A stretch of 64,000 nt of DNA from a virus. The position numbers were made by a program, and so were the translations under genes. The notes below the pieces were generated by a model. That model worked only from the letters and a program-made list of their open reading frames with translations, ran no database searches and was not told where the DNA came from. The first letter of the stretch is position 1; each line of letters opens with the position of its first letter. Positions 18,025 to 27,018 of the stretch are shown here, in pieces. The stretch is taken from IMG/VR virus record IMGVR_UViG_3300021519_000916, positions 64,001 through 128,000 of that record. One strand, written 5' to 3'.

Positions 18025-18756
18025 ATGATACTCTATGTAAATGGCGATAGCCATAGTGCCGGTGCAGAGGCTGTGAATAATTATGCATTTGCTGAAGATG
18101 ATCCGTTGTATTGGCGCTTGGGAAGACGGCCACATCCAGACAACGAACGAGTTAGTTACGGATGTGAACTAGCAAATATGCTTGGGTATGTATTCGTATG
18201 CGATGCAGAAAGCGCCAGCAGTAATACACGAATACTACGGACAACCAAAGAGTATCTTAAAACAAATAAGCCCGACTTGCTGGTAATAGGATGGTCTACT
18301 TGGGAACGAGAGGAGTGGCCACTAGACGATGTGTATTATCAAGTTACAGCAAGTGGTACTGATAGTGTACCGTTGGTATTTGCCGAACGGTATCGTGATT
18401 GGGTTATAGAACAAAACGAATGGTCTAGAGAAAATAAAATGTTAGACTGGCATAAAATCATTTATGAGCTACATTTAGAATTATCTTCAGCAAATATTAA
18501 GCATATATTTTTTAATACCTATTCTAACTTTTCAGCAATTAAAGATACCAGATTAAAGACAGAAAATTTAACTGCCGCTAATGCACAATGCCTTGATTGG
18601 AACAACTCGTATATCGGTCCATACGAACAAGAGTTGACATACTACAACTGGTTAAAGAAGTCTGGGTTTGTAACAGCATCACCAACAAGCTATCATTTTA
18701 AAGACGATGCTCATAGAGCATGGGCAAACTTATTATATGAATCACTGGGCTCATAA
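18025..18756 (+). CDS. SGNH/GDSL-like hydrolase or acyltransferase
   Basis: VNGDSHSAG, ASSN.RI, IGWS, C-terminal H....H..WA. Confidence 0.7.
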   Translation: MILYVNGDSHSAGAEAVNNYAFAEDDPLYWRLGRRPHPDNERVSYGCELANMLGYVFVCDAESASSNTRILRTTKEYLKTNKPDLLVIGWSTWEREEWPLDDVYYQVTASGTDSVPLVFAERYRDWVIEQNEWSRENKMLDWHKIIYELHLELSSANIKHIFFNTYSNFSAIKDTRLKTENLTAANAQCLDWNNSYIGPYEQELTYYNWLKKSGFVTASPTSYHFKDDAHRAWANLLYESLGS

Positions 18757-19429
18757 GCAACTACCGTTTAGTTGGCAACCAAAAGATATTACGTTGCAAT
18801 GGTCCGGGTCCGACCACGCCGATAGTCTATATAACAATTCACAAAAAGATGCGTGGAACAATATTGATATAAGTTATCAATATAATGCACAAGGATATCG
18901 CACCAAAGATTTAATTAGTATGTACGATAAGAAAGTAGACATAGCATTAGGTTGTAGTTTAACTGAGGGTATTGGTTTGCCTATTGGGGGTACATGGCCT
19001 AGTCTAGTAGAAGAAAGTCAAGATTACCCTATGTTAAATCTTGGAATTCAATGCGGAAGTACTGATACTGTTGCACGTATGTTGACTAACTGTATGGGAC
19101 TATTTGATATACAACAGGTATTCATACTATGGCCAGATTTTTCTAGGTTTGAAATTTATCATGAAGACCATGTGGAACCAGTGATTCCATCAACTGCTTC
19201 AACCAAACATGTTTGGTTTATGGATAAAGAAACTTCCCAAAATAGATTTTATAAAAACCAATTGCTCATACATTCAATGGGTGTTAATGTAGTTGAATTG
19301 ATTGCTGAAACGGTTTTTAACCCAAAATCTCGTGGTGCACCAGATAAAGCTCGAGATGGACAACATTATGGATATCAAAGTCAACGAATAGTGTCCTGGG
19401 AGTTCATTAAAGCATTGACAGCTAAATAA
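18707..19429 (+). CDS. SGNH/GDSL-like protein
   Basis: YQYNAQGYR, ALGCSLTEG, NLG..GS, ARDGQH (DxxH). Confidence 0.7.
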   Translation: MLIEHGQTYYMNHWAHKQLPFSWQPKDITLQWSGSDHADSLYNNSQKDAWNNIDISYQYNAQGYRTKDLISMYDKKVDIALGCSLTEGIGLPIGGTWPSLVEESQDYPMLNLGIQCGSTDTVARMLTNCMGLFDIQQVFILWPDFSRFEIYHEDHVEPVIPSTASTKHVWFMDKETSQNRFYKNQLLIHSMGVNVVELIAETVFNPKSRGAPDKARDGQHYGYQSQRIVSWEFIKALTAK

Positions 19430-19443
19430 TAATATGCTACTAT
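19415..19443 (+). promoter_or_regulatory. Sigma70 promoter (extended -10) with embedded CTAAATA; likely leaderless rnh mRNA
   Basis: TTGACA-17 nt-TACTAT preceded by TG; ATG 8 nt downstream with no SD. Confidence 0.65.
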
Positions 19444-19450
19444 TACTACT

Positions 19451-20440
19451 ATGAGATACCTACTAGTTGATACCGCAAATACATTTTTTCGAGCAAGACA
19501 TGCCGCCCATCGTCAGAGTGACACCTGGGATAAATTAGGTTTTGCTATCCACGTCACACTTGCCAGCGTAGGCAAAGCGTGGCGGGAACAGAAAGCCGAC
19601 CATGTTGTATTCTGTTTAGAAGGGCGTAGCTGGCGCAAGGACTTTTACGAGCCCTATAAAAAGAATCGTGCTGTGGCACGTGCGGCACTTACTGAAAAAG
19701 AAGCAGAAGAAGATCAATTGTTTTGGGATTCGTTTGACGAACTTAAAACATTCTTAGTTGACAAGACCAACTGCACCGTACTTCAGCATAACGCATTAGA
19801 AGCAGATGATTTGATTGCTGGCTGGATACAAGCACACCCAAATGATCATCACACTATTGTTAGTAGTGATAGCGACTTTCATCAACTACTTGCAAACAAC
19901 GTAAAACAATATAATGGAATAGCAGATGAGCTACACACAATTGAAGGTATCTTTGACAAAAAGGGTGCCCCAGTCAAAGATAAAAAAACAAAGGAACCTA
20001 AAAAAATCCCAGAGCCAGCCTGGATCCTCTTTGAAAAATGTATGCGTGGCGACCCTTCGGACAACGTCTTTTCCGCTTATCCGGGTGTACGTACCAAAGG
20101 CAGTAAAAATAAAATTGGACTGGAAGAAGCGTTTAAAGACAGAGATTCAAAAGGCTTCAGTTGGAACAATCTAATGTTGCAACGCTGGACGGATCACAAC
20201 GGTCTAGAACATCGTGTGTTAGATGATTACAATCGCAATGTGCAGTTAGTTGACTTGTCGGCACAGCCAGATCATATTAAAGTAATGATTGCTGAATCTA
20301 TTGCTACAAATAGTGTTGTAAAGAATACTGCACAGATTGGCACTAAGTTTATGAAGTTCTGCGGCAAATACGAATTGAATCGCATTAGCGATAATATTCA
20401 AAACTATGTAGACTTTTTATCAGCAGGATATCCAGAATGA
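19451..20440 (+). CDS. rnh: T4-like RNase H / 5'-3' exonuclease
   Basis: LVDTAN, SWRK.FY..YK.NR, EADD, SSDSDF.QL, GDPSDNV. Confidence 0.9.
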   Translation: MRYLLVDTANTFFRARHAAHRQSDTWDKLGFAIHVTLASVGKAWREQKADHVVFCLEGRSWRKDFYEPYKKNRAVARAALTEKEAEEDQLFWDSFDELKTFLVDKTNCTVLQHNALEADDLIAGWIQAHPNDHHTIVSSDSDFHQLLANNVKQYNGIADELHTIEGIFDKKGAPVKDKKTKEPKKIPEPAWILFEKCMRGDPSDNVFSAYPGVRTKGSKNKIGLEEAFKDRDSKGFSWNNLMLQRWTDHNGLEHRVLDDYNRNVQLVDLSAQPDHIKVMIAESIATNSVVKNTAQIGTKFMKFCGKYELNRISDNIQNYVDFLSAGYPE

Positions 20441-20742
20441 GTACATACACACCAGACCGATGGGTAATTGTTGAATTTGATTACCAAGAAGAAAAACTAC
20501 GCAAGGTACTTGCAAGTTGGTATGGTGGATATCTTGGCAGCGATAGTTGGAAGCTGAGTTCCGGCATTACTGAAACTATCGAGCACGAAGACCGTTATGA
20601 ATTTACAAACTATTCCGGTAGTCTGTACGTTTGTCGTAAAGGCTCACACGGAATGAGTGTATATACTGCAAGCATATACGAAGGTTGGGTCCGGCAGTTA
20701 GAAGGATCCGGTGATACTATTACTTTGTTAGAGGGTGTATGA
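20437..20742 (+). CDS. Hypothetical phage protein
   Basis: YTPDRWV...WYGGYL.SDSWKLSSGI. Confidence 0.75.
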   Translation: MSTYTPDRWVIVEFDYQEEKLRKVLASWYGGYLGSDSWKLSSGITETIEHEDRYEFTNYSGSLYVCRKGSHGMSVYTASIYEGWVRQLEGSGDTITLLEGV

Positions 20743-20909
20743 AAGACCTAATGATACTTGGCGTGGTGTTTGGTGTTATCTGTGCATGTGTGTATGTATT
20801 ACCACCGCATGGTACAATTATATACAATTGTACTTGGTCTGAGATCAGTCCTGATATACCAATTGCAGTTAAAGAAGAATGTCGTAGACTTAGATCGGAA
20901 AAGAAATGA
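20739..20909 (+). CDS. Small membrane-anchored protein (56 aa, not in track)
   Basis: MKDLMILGVVFGVICACVYVL...EECRRLRSEKK*; ATGA overlaps at both ends. Confidence 0.65.
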   Translation: MKDLMILGVVFGVICACVYVLPPHGTIIYNCTWSEISPDIPIAVKEECRRLRSEKK

Positions 20910-21160
20910 GCAAAGAAAAACATAAACCTTATCAATGGATTGATGGTGAAACTGCTGATCGTATTACCAGTCTAAATCTCAAAGACTATCGTGCGTATCT
21001 TAAAAAAGAATTAAAAGAATGGAAGAAGAACCCAAAGAGTGATGCTAACCCTAAGGGCAAATGGATGCATCCAGAAGATGTAGGCATCAATATGCAGACC
21101 ATTGCGGCTTTGGATTTAATCATTAGCCATTTTGTAGTAACAGAGGACGATATAAAATGA
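20906..21160 (+). CDS. Hypothetical protein
   Basis: Coupled ORF. Confidence 0.7.
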   Translation: MSKEKHKPYQWIDGETADRITSLNLKDYRAYLKKELKEWKKNPKSDANPKGKWMHPEDVGINMQTIAALDLIISHFVVTEDDIK

Positions 21161-21399
21161 CATTACCTGACGAGCGATATCGTGCTGTTCTTATGACACA
21201 AAAATTTCTATTAGAGATTTTAACTACGCCGCGTGTTCCTAAAGCCGTTAAAGATAAAGCAAGGTGGTGTTTACGCCATTATCCAAGCGAATGGGATATG
21301 CAACGAGCTGCTGAAGATGCATCAGATGTATTTGCAGTAAAAATGGAACCTGTTTACAGAATGATTAAACAGTACGAGCAGGACAAGGAACAAGAATGA
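21157..21399 (+). CDS. BPSL0761-like small protein
   Basis: MTLPDERYRA...RVPK...LRHYP. Confidence 0.6.
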   Translation: MTLPDERYRAVLMTQKFLLEILTTPRVPKAVKDKARWCLRHYPSEWDMQRAAEDASDVFAVKMEPVYRMIKQYEQDKEQE

Positions 21400-21992
21400 A
21401 ACAAACACTAGACAAATTGTTGTGCGAGAAGTATCCAAAGATGATGGTCAACCGTAACAAGCCCATGCAAGAAACTTGTATGTGTTGGGGCTTTGAATGT
21501 GGCGACGGTTGGTTCAATATCTTGGATCAGCTTATGGGCAATATACAACATCATATTGACTGGAAGGAGAAACAGCGCAAGTGGGCCATGGAATATAACG
21601 AAATGGCCGCACAGGCTAAAGCAGGTAACTTTGATTTGTTTGAAGAAAACATGAAAGATACTGTTAGTCTTGAGTATAAAGAAAAACGGCTTGGTGAGAT
21701 TGTTGCCGGGGACTTTAGACAAGTACCAGAGTCTATTCCACAAGTAACACTGGACCAAGTTAAAGAAAAGTTTGGTACACTGAGATTTTATTACTCGGGT
21801 GGGGATGAATACATCGACGGACTTGTTAGCATGGCAGAAAGTATGTCGGCTGTTACTTGTGAGGAATGTGGTAATCCTGGTACACAAACAAGTGGTGGTT
21901 GGATTAAAACTATCTGCGAGCCGTGTGTTGAAGAACATGCTAGAGTGCAAGAAGAAACGTTGGAAACTTATCGATCAAAAGGAGTTCTGTAA
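21396..21992 (+). CDS. Hypothetical phage protein with C-terminal Zn ribbon
   Basis: GWF, QVKEKFGTLRFY, CEECG...CEPC. Confidence 0.75.
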   Translation: MKQTLDKLLCEKYPKMMVNRNKPMQETCMCWGFECGDGWFNILDQLMGNIQHHIDWKEKQRKWAMEYNEMAAQAKAGNFDLFEENMKDTVSLEYKEKRLGEIVAGDFRQVPESIPQVTLDQVKEKFGTLRFYYSGGDEYIDGLVSMAESMSAVTCEECGNPGTQTSGGWIKTICEPCVEEHARVQEETLETYRSKGVL

Positions 21993-22354
21993 TGTCAACT
22001 GTAATAATTTTGTTGGCGCTATTTGGCATTAAACATTTTATTTGTGATTTTGTATTACAGTATCCGTATATGCTTGCGGAAAAAGGCACATATGGTGCGG
22101 CTGGTGGAATACATCATGCAGGATTTCATGCACTTGGCACTATGCTAGTTCTATTGATATGTGGCTTGGCCATAGTTGATGTTATTTTCTTATCGCTAGT
22201 TGATGGAGTGGCACATTATCACGTTGATTGGGTTAAGCAACAACTAAACAAGGGATTAACCCCAGCCGACAATAAGTTTTGGATTATATTAGGAGGAGAC
22301 CAAGCAATGCATTATTTAACATACGTCTTTATCATTGGGTTGATTGTAGCATGA
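21992..22354 (+). CDS. DUF3307-like membrane protein
   Basis: KHFICDFVLQ, HAGFH, HYHVDWVK, DQAMH in hydrophobic helices. Confidence 0.75.
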   Translation: MSTVIILLALFGIKHFICDFVLQYPYMLAEKGTYGAAGGIHHAGFHALGTMLVLLICGLAIVDVIFLSLVDGVAHYHVDWVKQQLNKGLTPADNKFWIILGGDQAMHYLTYVFIIGLIVA

Positions 22355-22668
22355 GTTATTCTATTGCCAATGGTGGGACTCAGACTATAACTTTAGGAGG
22401 AGCCGGTGGTGGAGGTGGCGGAGGTGCTGGTGGGTTCTTTACCAATACCCCACAAATGCGTCAACCAACAACATCAATGTCTCTAGACCAAGACGGCATT
22501 AATCTTAAAATAGTCAAGGCCAGTGGCGGTTGGGTTGTACAGGTGTATCAGCTAAATGATAGTGTCTCCGGAGAATATAAAAAACCAGAGTTACACATTA
22601 TACCCGATGATGTAGATTTTGATAAAGAGTTAGGTAAGATTATAATGATGAGCTGTTTGAAAGGATAA
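22351..22668 (+). CDS. Hypothetical protein with Gly-rich N-terminus (paralogue of 2989..3288)
   Basis: ATGA overlap at 22351; ASGGWVVQV...LHIIPDD. Confidence 0.7.
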   Translation: MSYSIANGGTQTITLGGAGGGGGGGAGGFFTNTPQMRQPTTSMSLDQDGINLKIVKASGGWVVQVYQLNDSVSGEYKKPELHIIPDDVDFDKELGKIIMMSCLKG

Positions 22669-22669
22669 T

Positions 22670-23152
22670 ATGACAGAGACCATTGCAAGACCAGTAGTAA
22701 AAAATAAGTTTTGGATTGTAGAAGAGGGTGGCGAGAAGATTGCCACTATCCAAGCAATCGGAGAAGGCGGAGGATTTGTTTATGTACATAACAACGAACG
22801 TAAAATATATCCATCAATTAAACTCCTGAGTAAAGAGTGTAATGTCGAATTTGCCAAGGTTGAAAAACCCAAGAAGGACAAGGTTGAAGTAAACGAGGTA
22901 TACGGATATCCAACTACCAGCAGTCGAACGCATAACCAAGTGCTTGATGTTCAACGGTATTTGCCTATCTTTACAAAAACACCAAAGTCTAAAAGTTTCT
23001 TTTGTGCAGGACATTATATCATTAAATTTAGTAGCACTTGGGTACGTGCTTTTTGCCCAAAACTTATTACGTTAAATCGATATGAGTACCAAGGTCCGTT
23101 TAAAACACAGGAACGTATGCAAGAAGCGATGAAGGAAGCAAATGGCAACTGA
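22670..23152 (+). CDS. Hypothetical phage protein
   Basis: AGGA SD; 160-aa ORF. Confidence 0.75.
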   Translation: MTETIARPVVKNKFWIVEEGGEKIATIQAIGEGGGFVYVHNNERKIYPSIKLLSKECNVEFAKVEKPKKDKVEVNEVYGYPTTSSRTHNQVLDVQRYLPIFTKTPKSKSFFCAGHYIIKFSSTWVRAFCPKLITLNRYEYQGPFKTQERMQEAMKEANGN

Positions 23153-23360
23153 AAATTTGCCATTTCATATTAAACTCTTTAATGATAGGGTAAGGGGCAT
23201 GAATCAAAGTAACGGTAAGATTCTAACCTTAAACCAACAAGAAGCTCGTAGTTTACACGCCGAAATCTTTGATTTGATGGCCACAATTGCACATTTAAGC
23301 AAAGTGTCTGATACCTCACCAGTAGTAACTGCAAGCATGGATGGCGGGGCATTTAAGTAA
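23142..23360 (+). CDS. Hypothetical protein
   Basis: AAGGA SD; ends MDGGAFK. Confidence 0.7.
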   Translation: MATENLPFHIKLFNDRVRGMNQSNGKILTLNQQEARSLHAEIFDLMATIAHLSKVSDTSPVVTASMDGGAFK

Positions 23361-23410
23361 ATATGCGTATATAACTTAGCTAAATAAACAGTATATCAAG
23401 GATTAATGAA

Positions 23411-23698
23411 ATGAGTCGACCTAAACCAACTGTGTTGTTGGACCACGTAAATAAAACTACCTATAAGAGTGAGCAGGTATTAAACTCTGAAGGTATCTGG
23501 GCGGTTTTCTATGACAAGTCTCCAATCAATTTAAAAACGCATAATATACTTGTGAGCTATCCAGGGCCTAAATATAAAAAAGTAAGTTTCTCTAATCCCG
23601 GACATGCAATTAACTTGGCCAAGAAACTAAACGTATTATTTAAGAGCGACAAGTTTAGCGTTGTGCTCTTACGTGCCGGTGACCAAATCTTCCCCTAA
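23411..23698 (+). CDS. Hypothetical phage protein
   Basis: MSRPKP...KYKKVSFSNPGHA; CTAAATA box and AAGGA upstream. Confidence 0.75.
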   Translation: MSRPKPTVLLDHVNKTTYKSEQVLNSEGIWAVFYDKSPINLKTHNILVSYPGPKYKKVSFSNPGHAINLAKKLNVLFKSDKFSVVLLRAGDQIFP

Positions 23699-24068
23699 GC
23701 GGCACACTCAACGTCAGCTTACAAAAATATTTTGTATCCAAGCTGAGATACCTATAGCAAAAATTTCAGAAATGCAAAGATCTTGGTGGACTAATCCCAC
23801 TGACTCTAATAGCCTACGACTAAGTTTAACTGGATTACAGTTTGTCAAGGCCAATCTTAAATTGCAAGGATACGAATTTCCATTAAATGATGAATTGACT
23901 AATTTTCATATCCTACAACTAGAACGATTATTCCAGGGTATGTATTATCTGCTTCGTAGACAAAAAATAATTCTATTTGAAGAAGAAGAAGCTGTGATGA
24001 TGGCGTTGTATGGAAACGATCTAAAAACTTACCTAACACATCTTGAACTAACTCAGCAGTCAAGTTAG
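23679..24068 (+). CDS. Hypothetical protein
   Basis: GTG start overlapping the upstream gene; SLRLSLTG motif. Confidence 0.65.
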   Translation: MTKSSPKRHTQRQLTKIFCIQAEIPIAKISEMQRSWWTNPTDSNSLRLSLTGLQFVKANLKLQGYEFPLNDELTNFHILQLERLFQGMYYLLRRQKIILFEEEEAVMMALYGNDLKTYLTHLELTQQSS

Positions 24069-24138
24069 TACCTACTAACCTTTTGTTGTTTTATCGCAAC
24101 ATCCTTGGTTGACCCAAAAATACACTCCGCGCTATACT
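24064..24138 (+). promoter_or_regulatory. Two inverted repeats plus early-type promoter
   Basis: GTTAGTA/TACTAAC followed by a T-run; TGTTG-N8-CAACA; TTGACC-18 nt-TATACT. Confidence 0.5.
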
Positions 24139-24172
24139 AGTAGTTACGTTAATAACTACGATTGGATATTCT

Positions 24173-24709
24173 GTGAATAATAAATGGTTGTCGCTAGTGG
24201 CCGTGCTGATACTAGTATTATTAGTGCGAATGGATTATAAAAACCAAGAACTGTCCGAGCGCATTGATCGTATTGAACACATTATTATTAACACCGGTTA
24301 TCGTGTTACATACACTAAACACGATGTTGAATGTTTGGCTAAGAATATATACTACGAAGCTGGTATTGAAAACGACCTTGGCAAATATGCTGTGGCTCAG
24401 GTCACTATTAATCGTCTCAAGGCTGGGTATTGGGGCAAGACTGTATGCAAGGTTGTATATGCCAAGGCGCAATTCTCATGGACTTTGAAAAAGAAGCTAC
24501 CAAAACCTGATGTAAATTTATATGAAAAATGTCATGATATTGCTGTGGCCGCATTAGAAGGCAAGGGTATTAAAGGCCTGGACCGTAGTTTATTCTACCA
24601 TGCTGATTATATTCCCACCCCAAATTGGGTTGATATTAACCATTATGCTACACAACTGGGAAAGCACATTTTTTATAATCGGGCCCGGGGTAGTAATTTA
24701 GAAATTTAG
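24173..24709 (+). CDS. Cell wall hydrolase, SleB/Hydrolase_2 family
   Basis: N-terminal TM; CLAKNIYYEA, VAQVTINR, QFSW, FYHADY..P.W, GKHIFY. Confidence 0.9.
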   Translation: MNNKWLSLVAVLILVLLVRMDYKNQELSERIDRIEHIIINTGYRVTYTKHDVECLAKNIYYEAGIENDLGKYAVAQVTINRLKAGYWGKTVCKVVYAKAQFSWTLKKKLPKPDVNLYEKCHDIAVAALEGKGIKGLDRSLFYHADYIPTPNWVDINHYATQLGKHIFYNRARGSNLEI

Positions 24710-24712
24710 AGG

Positions 24713-24741
24713 TTGACGTAAAAGAAGTGTTGTAGTATATT
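24713..24741 (+). promoter_or_regulatory. Sigma70-like promoter of the accessory island
   Basis: TTGACG-17 nt-TATATT. Confidence 0.55.
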
Positions 24742-24807
24742 ATTAAGTATTGCCGATGGACATGTCATAGGGGCTACGCCGGAGGGAATCACAACTAGGG
24801 GAATATT

Positions 24808-26010
24808 ATGGCAACAGCCAATTTTATCGCAGTACAACCGCAGTCATATGCGGCACAGCAAAATGCCCAGTATAACCACTCGGGCTCAAAGTTCGTAGAT
24901 CTTGGCACAAGATTTAACGACACAATCTCAAACCTTCCACGCATTAAACAAACCGGCGCTCGAAGCATGATCACAAATGCCTGCAACGAGTTTATAAAAA
25001 AGCACAGCTACCTGACTTGCTTTGAAGATATGGATCTTGCTATTGCTGGCGAGACTTATATGTCAGATATCTTGATTGATATTACCATTCAGCGTATTCT
25101 TAATTTGCCTTGGTGTGCAGAAATTTTAACTAATTTCCGCGAAGTGCAAGCTGATCCAATTAAACTATACGAGGTTGTTGCTGGCGGTGATCTAGCAGAT
25201 CGGTATCCTGTTGGTACTATACTGTTTGCCAGCTGGGACGCTCAACATACCGCTATTGTTTATTGGATCATTGCAGTAATGATCTTTAAGCAAGATCCTA
25301 AAAAAGTCAAGGTACCTAGTATTTTGTACAAAGTTAAAAACCGTGCAGACATCCGCATGAACTTTGTTGGCGGTAACAGCGACAAAGGAAAACTTACACT
25401 AGACAAAATTGATTTGTTCCGTCAAATGGTATTAGGTGTGCGACTTGACGGTAATACTGAACCAAAATGGGTCGAAGCTGAACTTAAACAACAACATCTC
25501 GAGGGTGCTGATTTGTTTGTAACAGCAGAAAAGTTCGGTGATACCCATATGCCTGGGGCAATCAGTCGTATGGCAGAAATTGACAAGTACAGTAGCGATA
25601 TTATCCGTAAGTTTGCCCTGTATACTACAACCATTCCTACACCACGTTCAATAGATTCGCAGGAAATTGAAATCATGTGTGCATGGTTTAACCTTGCCAA
25701 AGAAGATGGTATTGACTATACAGACAACGAAGTAGTTAGTATTGGCAATCATCTACATAGTCTTTTCAATGCCGACTTCCACGAATCTAGTCCGTTTTGG
25801 GGCAAAGTACGTACAGCATACGAGCATTGGCATAAAAAGTACTATGGCGGGTTGCCGTCTACTCATCAACCTAAGCATATGAAAATGAATAAGAATTGGA
25901 ACACAGGTGGTACGTTCTTGTGGCACCAACTTAGCAAAACATGGGGCGGTCGTATTCCGCCACTTAATGCTAGTACACCGTTTATGCCTGCAGTAAAGGA
26001 CTTGTACTAA
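24808..26010 (+). CDS. ParB/Srx-superfamily-like protein (DGQHR/DndB/DUF262-type motifs)
   Basis: IDITIQR and SWDAQHT resemble the QR and DGQHR motifs. Confidence 0.5.
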   Translation: MATANFIAVQPQSYAAQQNAQYNHSGSKFVDLGTRFNDTISNLPRIKQTGARSMITNACNEFIKKHSYLTCFEDMDLAIAGETYMSDILIDITIQRILNLPWCAEILTNFREVQADPIKLYEVVAGGDLADRYPVGTILFASWDAQHTAIVYWIIAVMIFKQDPKKVKVPSILYKVKNRADIRMNFVGGNSDKGKLTLDKIDLFRQMVLGVRLDGNTEPKWVEAELKQQHLEGADLFVTAEKFGDTHMPGAISRMAEIDKYSSDIIRKFALYTTTIPTPRSIDSQEIEIMCAWFNLAKEDGIDYTDNEVVSIGNHLHSLFNADFHESSPFWGKVRTAYEHWHKKYYGGLPSTHQPKHMKMNKNWNTGGTFLWHQLSKTWGGRIPPLNASTPFMPAVKDLY

Positions 26011-26011
26011 T

Positions 26012-26608
26012 ATGGATATCTTAGAACAAAATTTAAAAGAAATTAGGCCTAAACGTAAGTCTAATGTTAAACGTAACGACAAGTCCTATGCAGATTGTTT
26101 AACCACAACTACATCAGAGCTCGAGCGCCTACTAGAACTATATCGTACTACAGTTTTTGACGAAGATATGCGAGCGAGGCTACTACGTGATAGCATTGAT
26201 CACCATATCCGTCGATATCATGGATACGCTATCCAAGGCAAGATTAACTCACACTACCATCAAAGGGGTGTTAGTTTAAAAGCCAAGGATACAATCTTTG
26301 AACACGTTATCCCAGCGGCACAGGTTCGTGATTTATTAATCGAAAACAAACTATCAATAAATCAAGCTCTTAACGTGCCTACATGCCGTGTATCACGCAA
26401 AGGTAACAGTTTGCTCAATGCCCGTGGTATGCACGATCGTAATACAGATCCTTGGAACTTTTTTAAACGCTACAAAACAGGCATGGCAGAATTAGACAAA
26501 GATGGTAATACAGTATTTCCCGAGTTTGAAGCATACAACGGACAAGGAATACCCAACCTAGATACGTGGACTTTGCGTGATCATTTTAACTTGTTTGCGA
26601 TAATTTAG
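26012..26608 (+). CDS. Putative HNH-like nuclease
   Basis: IFEHVIP followed by CRVS..N, resembling the EHxxP His-Me finger motif. Confidence 0.45.
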   Translation: MDILEQNLKEIRPKRKSNVKRNDKSYADCLTTTTSELERLLELYRTTVFDEDMRARLLRDSIDHHIRRYHGYAIQGKINSHYHQRGVSLKAKDTIFEHVIPAAQVRDLLIENKLSINQALNVPTCRVSRKGNSLLNARGMHDRNTDPWNFFKRYKTGMAELDKDGNTVFPEFEAYNGQGIPNLDTWTLRDHFNLFAII

Positions 26609-26616
26609 AGGACAAT

Positions 26617-27018
26617 ATGACAAATTTATGGGCACCCGAATGTGCATTACCGGATTGCAACGAACAAGTGGGATACCACAAAAAATATAATAGGACAGGG
26701 CAACAAGCACCAGGATACAAGTGGAAGATGTTTTGCAATTATCACAGAGGAAAAGGAAAATTTATTGTTGATAAATGGAAACTCGATCAAGGGTGCTCTA
26801 ACACCGATACACATCACAGTTTTATCTGTACCTCGTATATTACCAAATCAGATCAACTTGATGTAAATCACATAGATGGTAATCGTCATAATAGCGATCC
26901 AAAAAATCTCGAGTTGCTTTGTCGAGTATGCCACCAGCGTGTGACCACAGATAACGGACATCACTTAACTAGATACAGCAATCAAGTCAATCTAGATCCT
27001 GCATTGTTTGAATTTTAA
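26617..27018 (+). CDS. HNH endonuclease
   Basis: LDVNHIDGNRHNSDPKNLELLCRVCH; N-terminal Zn ligands. Confidence 0.85.
   Translation: MTNLWAPECALPDCNEQVGYHKKYNRTGQQAPGYKWKMFCNYHRGKGKFIVDKWKLDQGCSNTDTHHSFICTSYITKSDQLDVNHIDGNRHNSDPKNLELLCRVCHQRVTTDNGHHLTRYSNQVNLDPALFEF

Noticed and set aside
24750-24807. GC-richer leader with GACATGTC palindrome before the island
   Set aside because: No convincing extended helix or known RNA motif found by eye.
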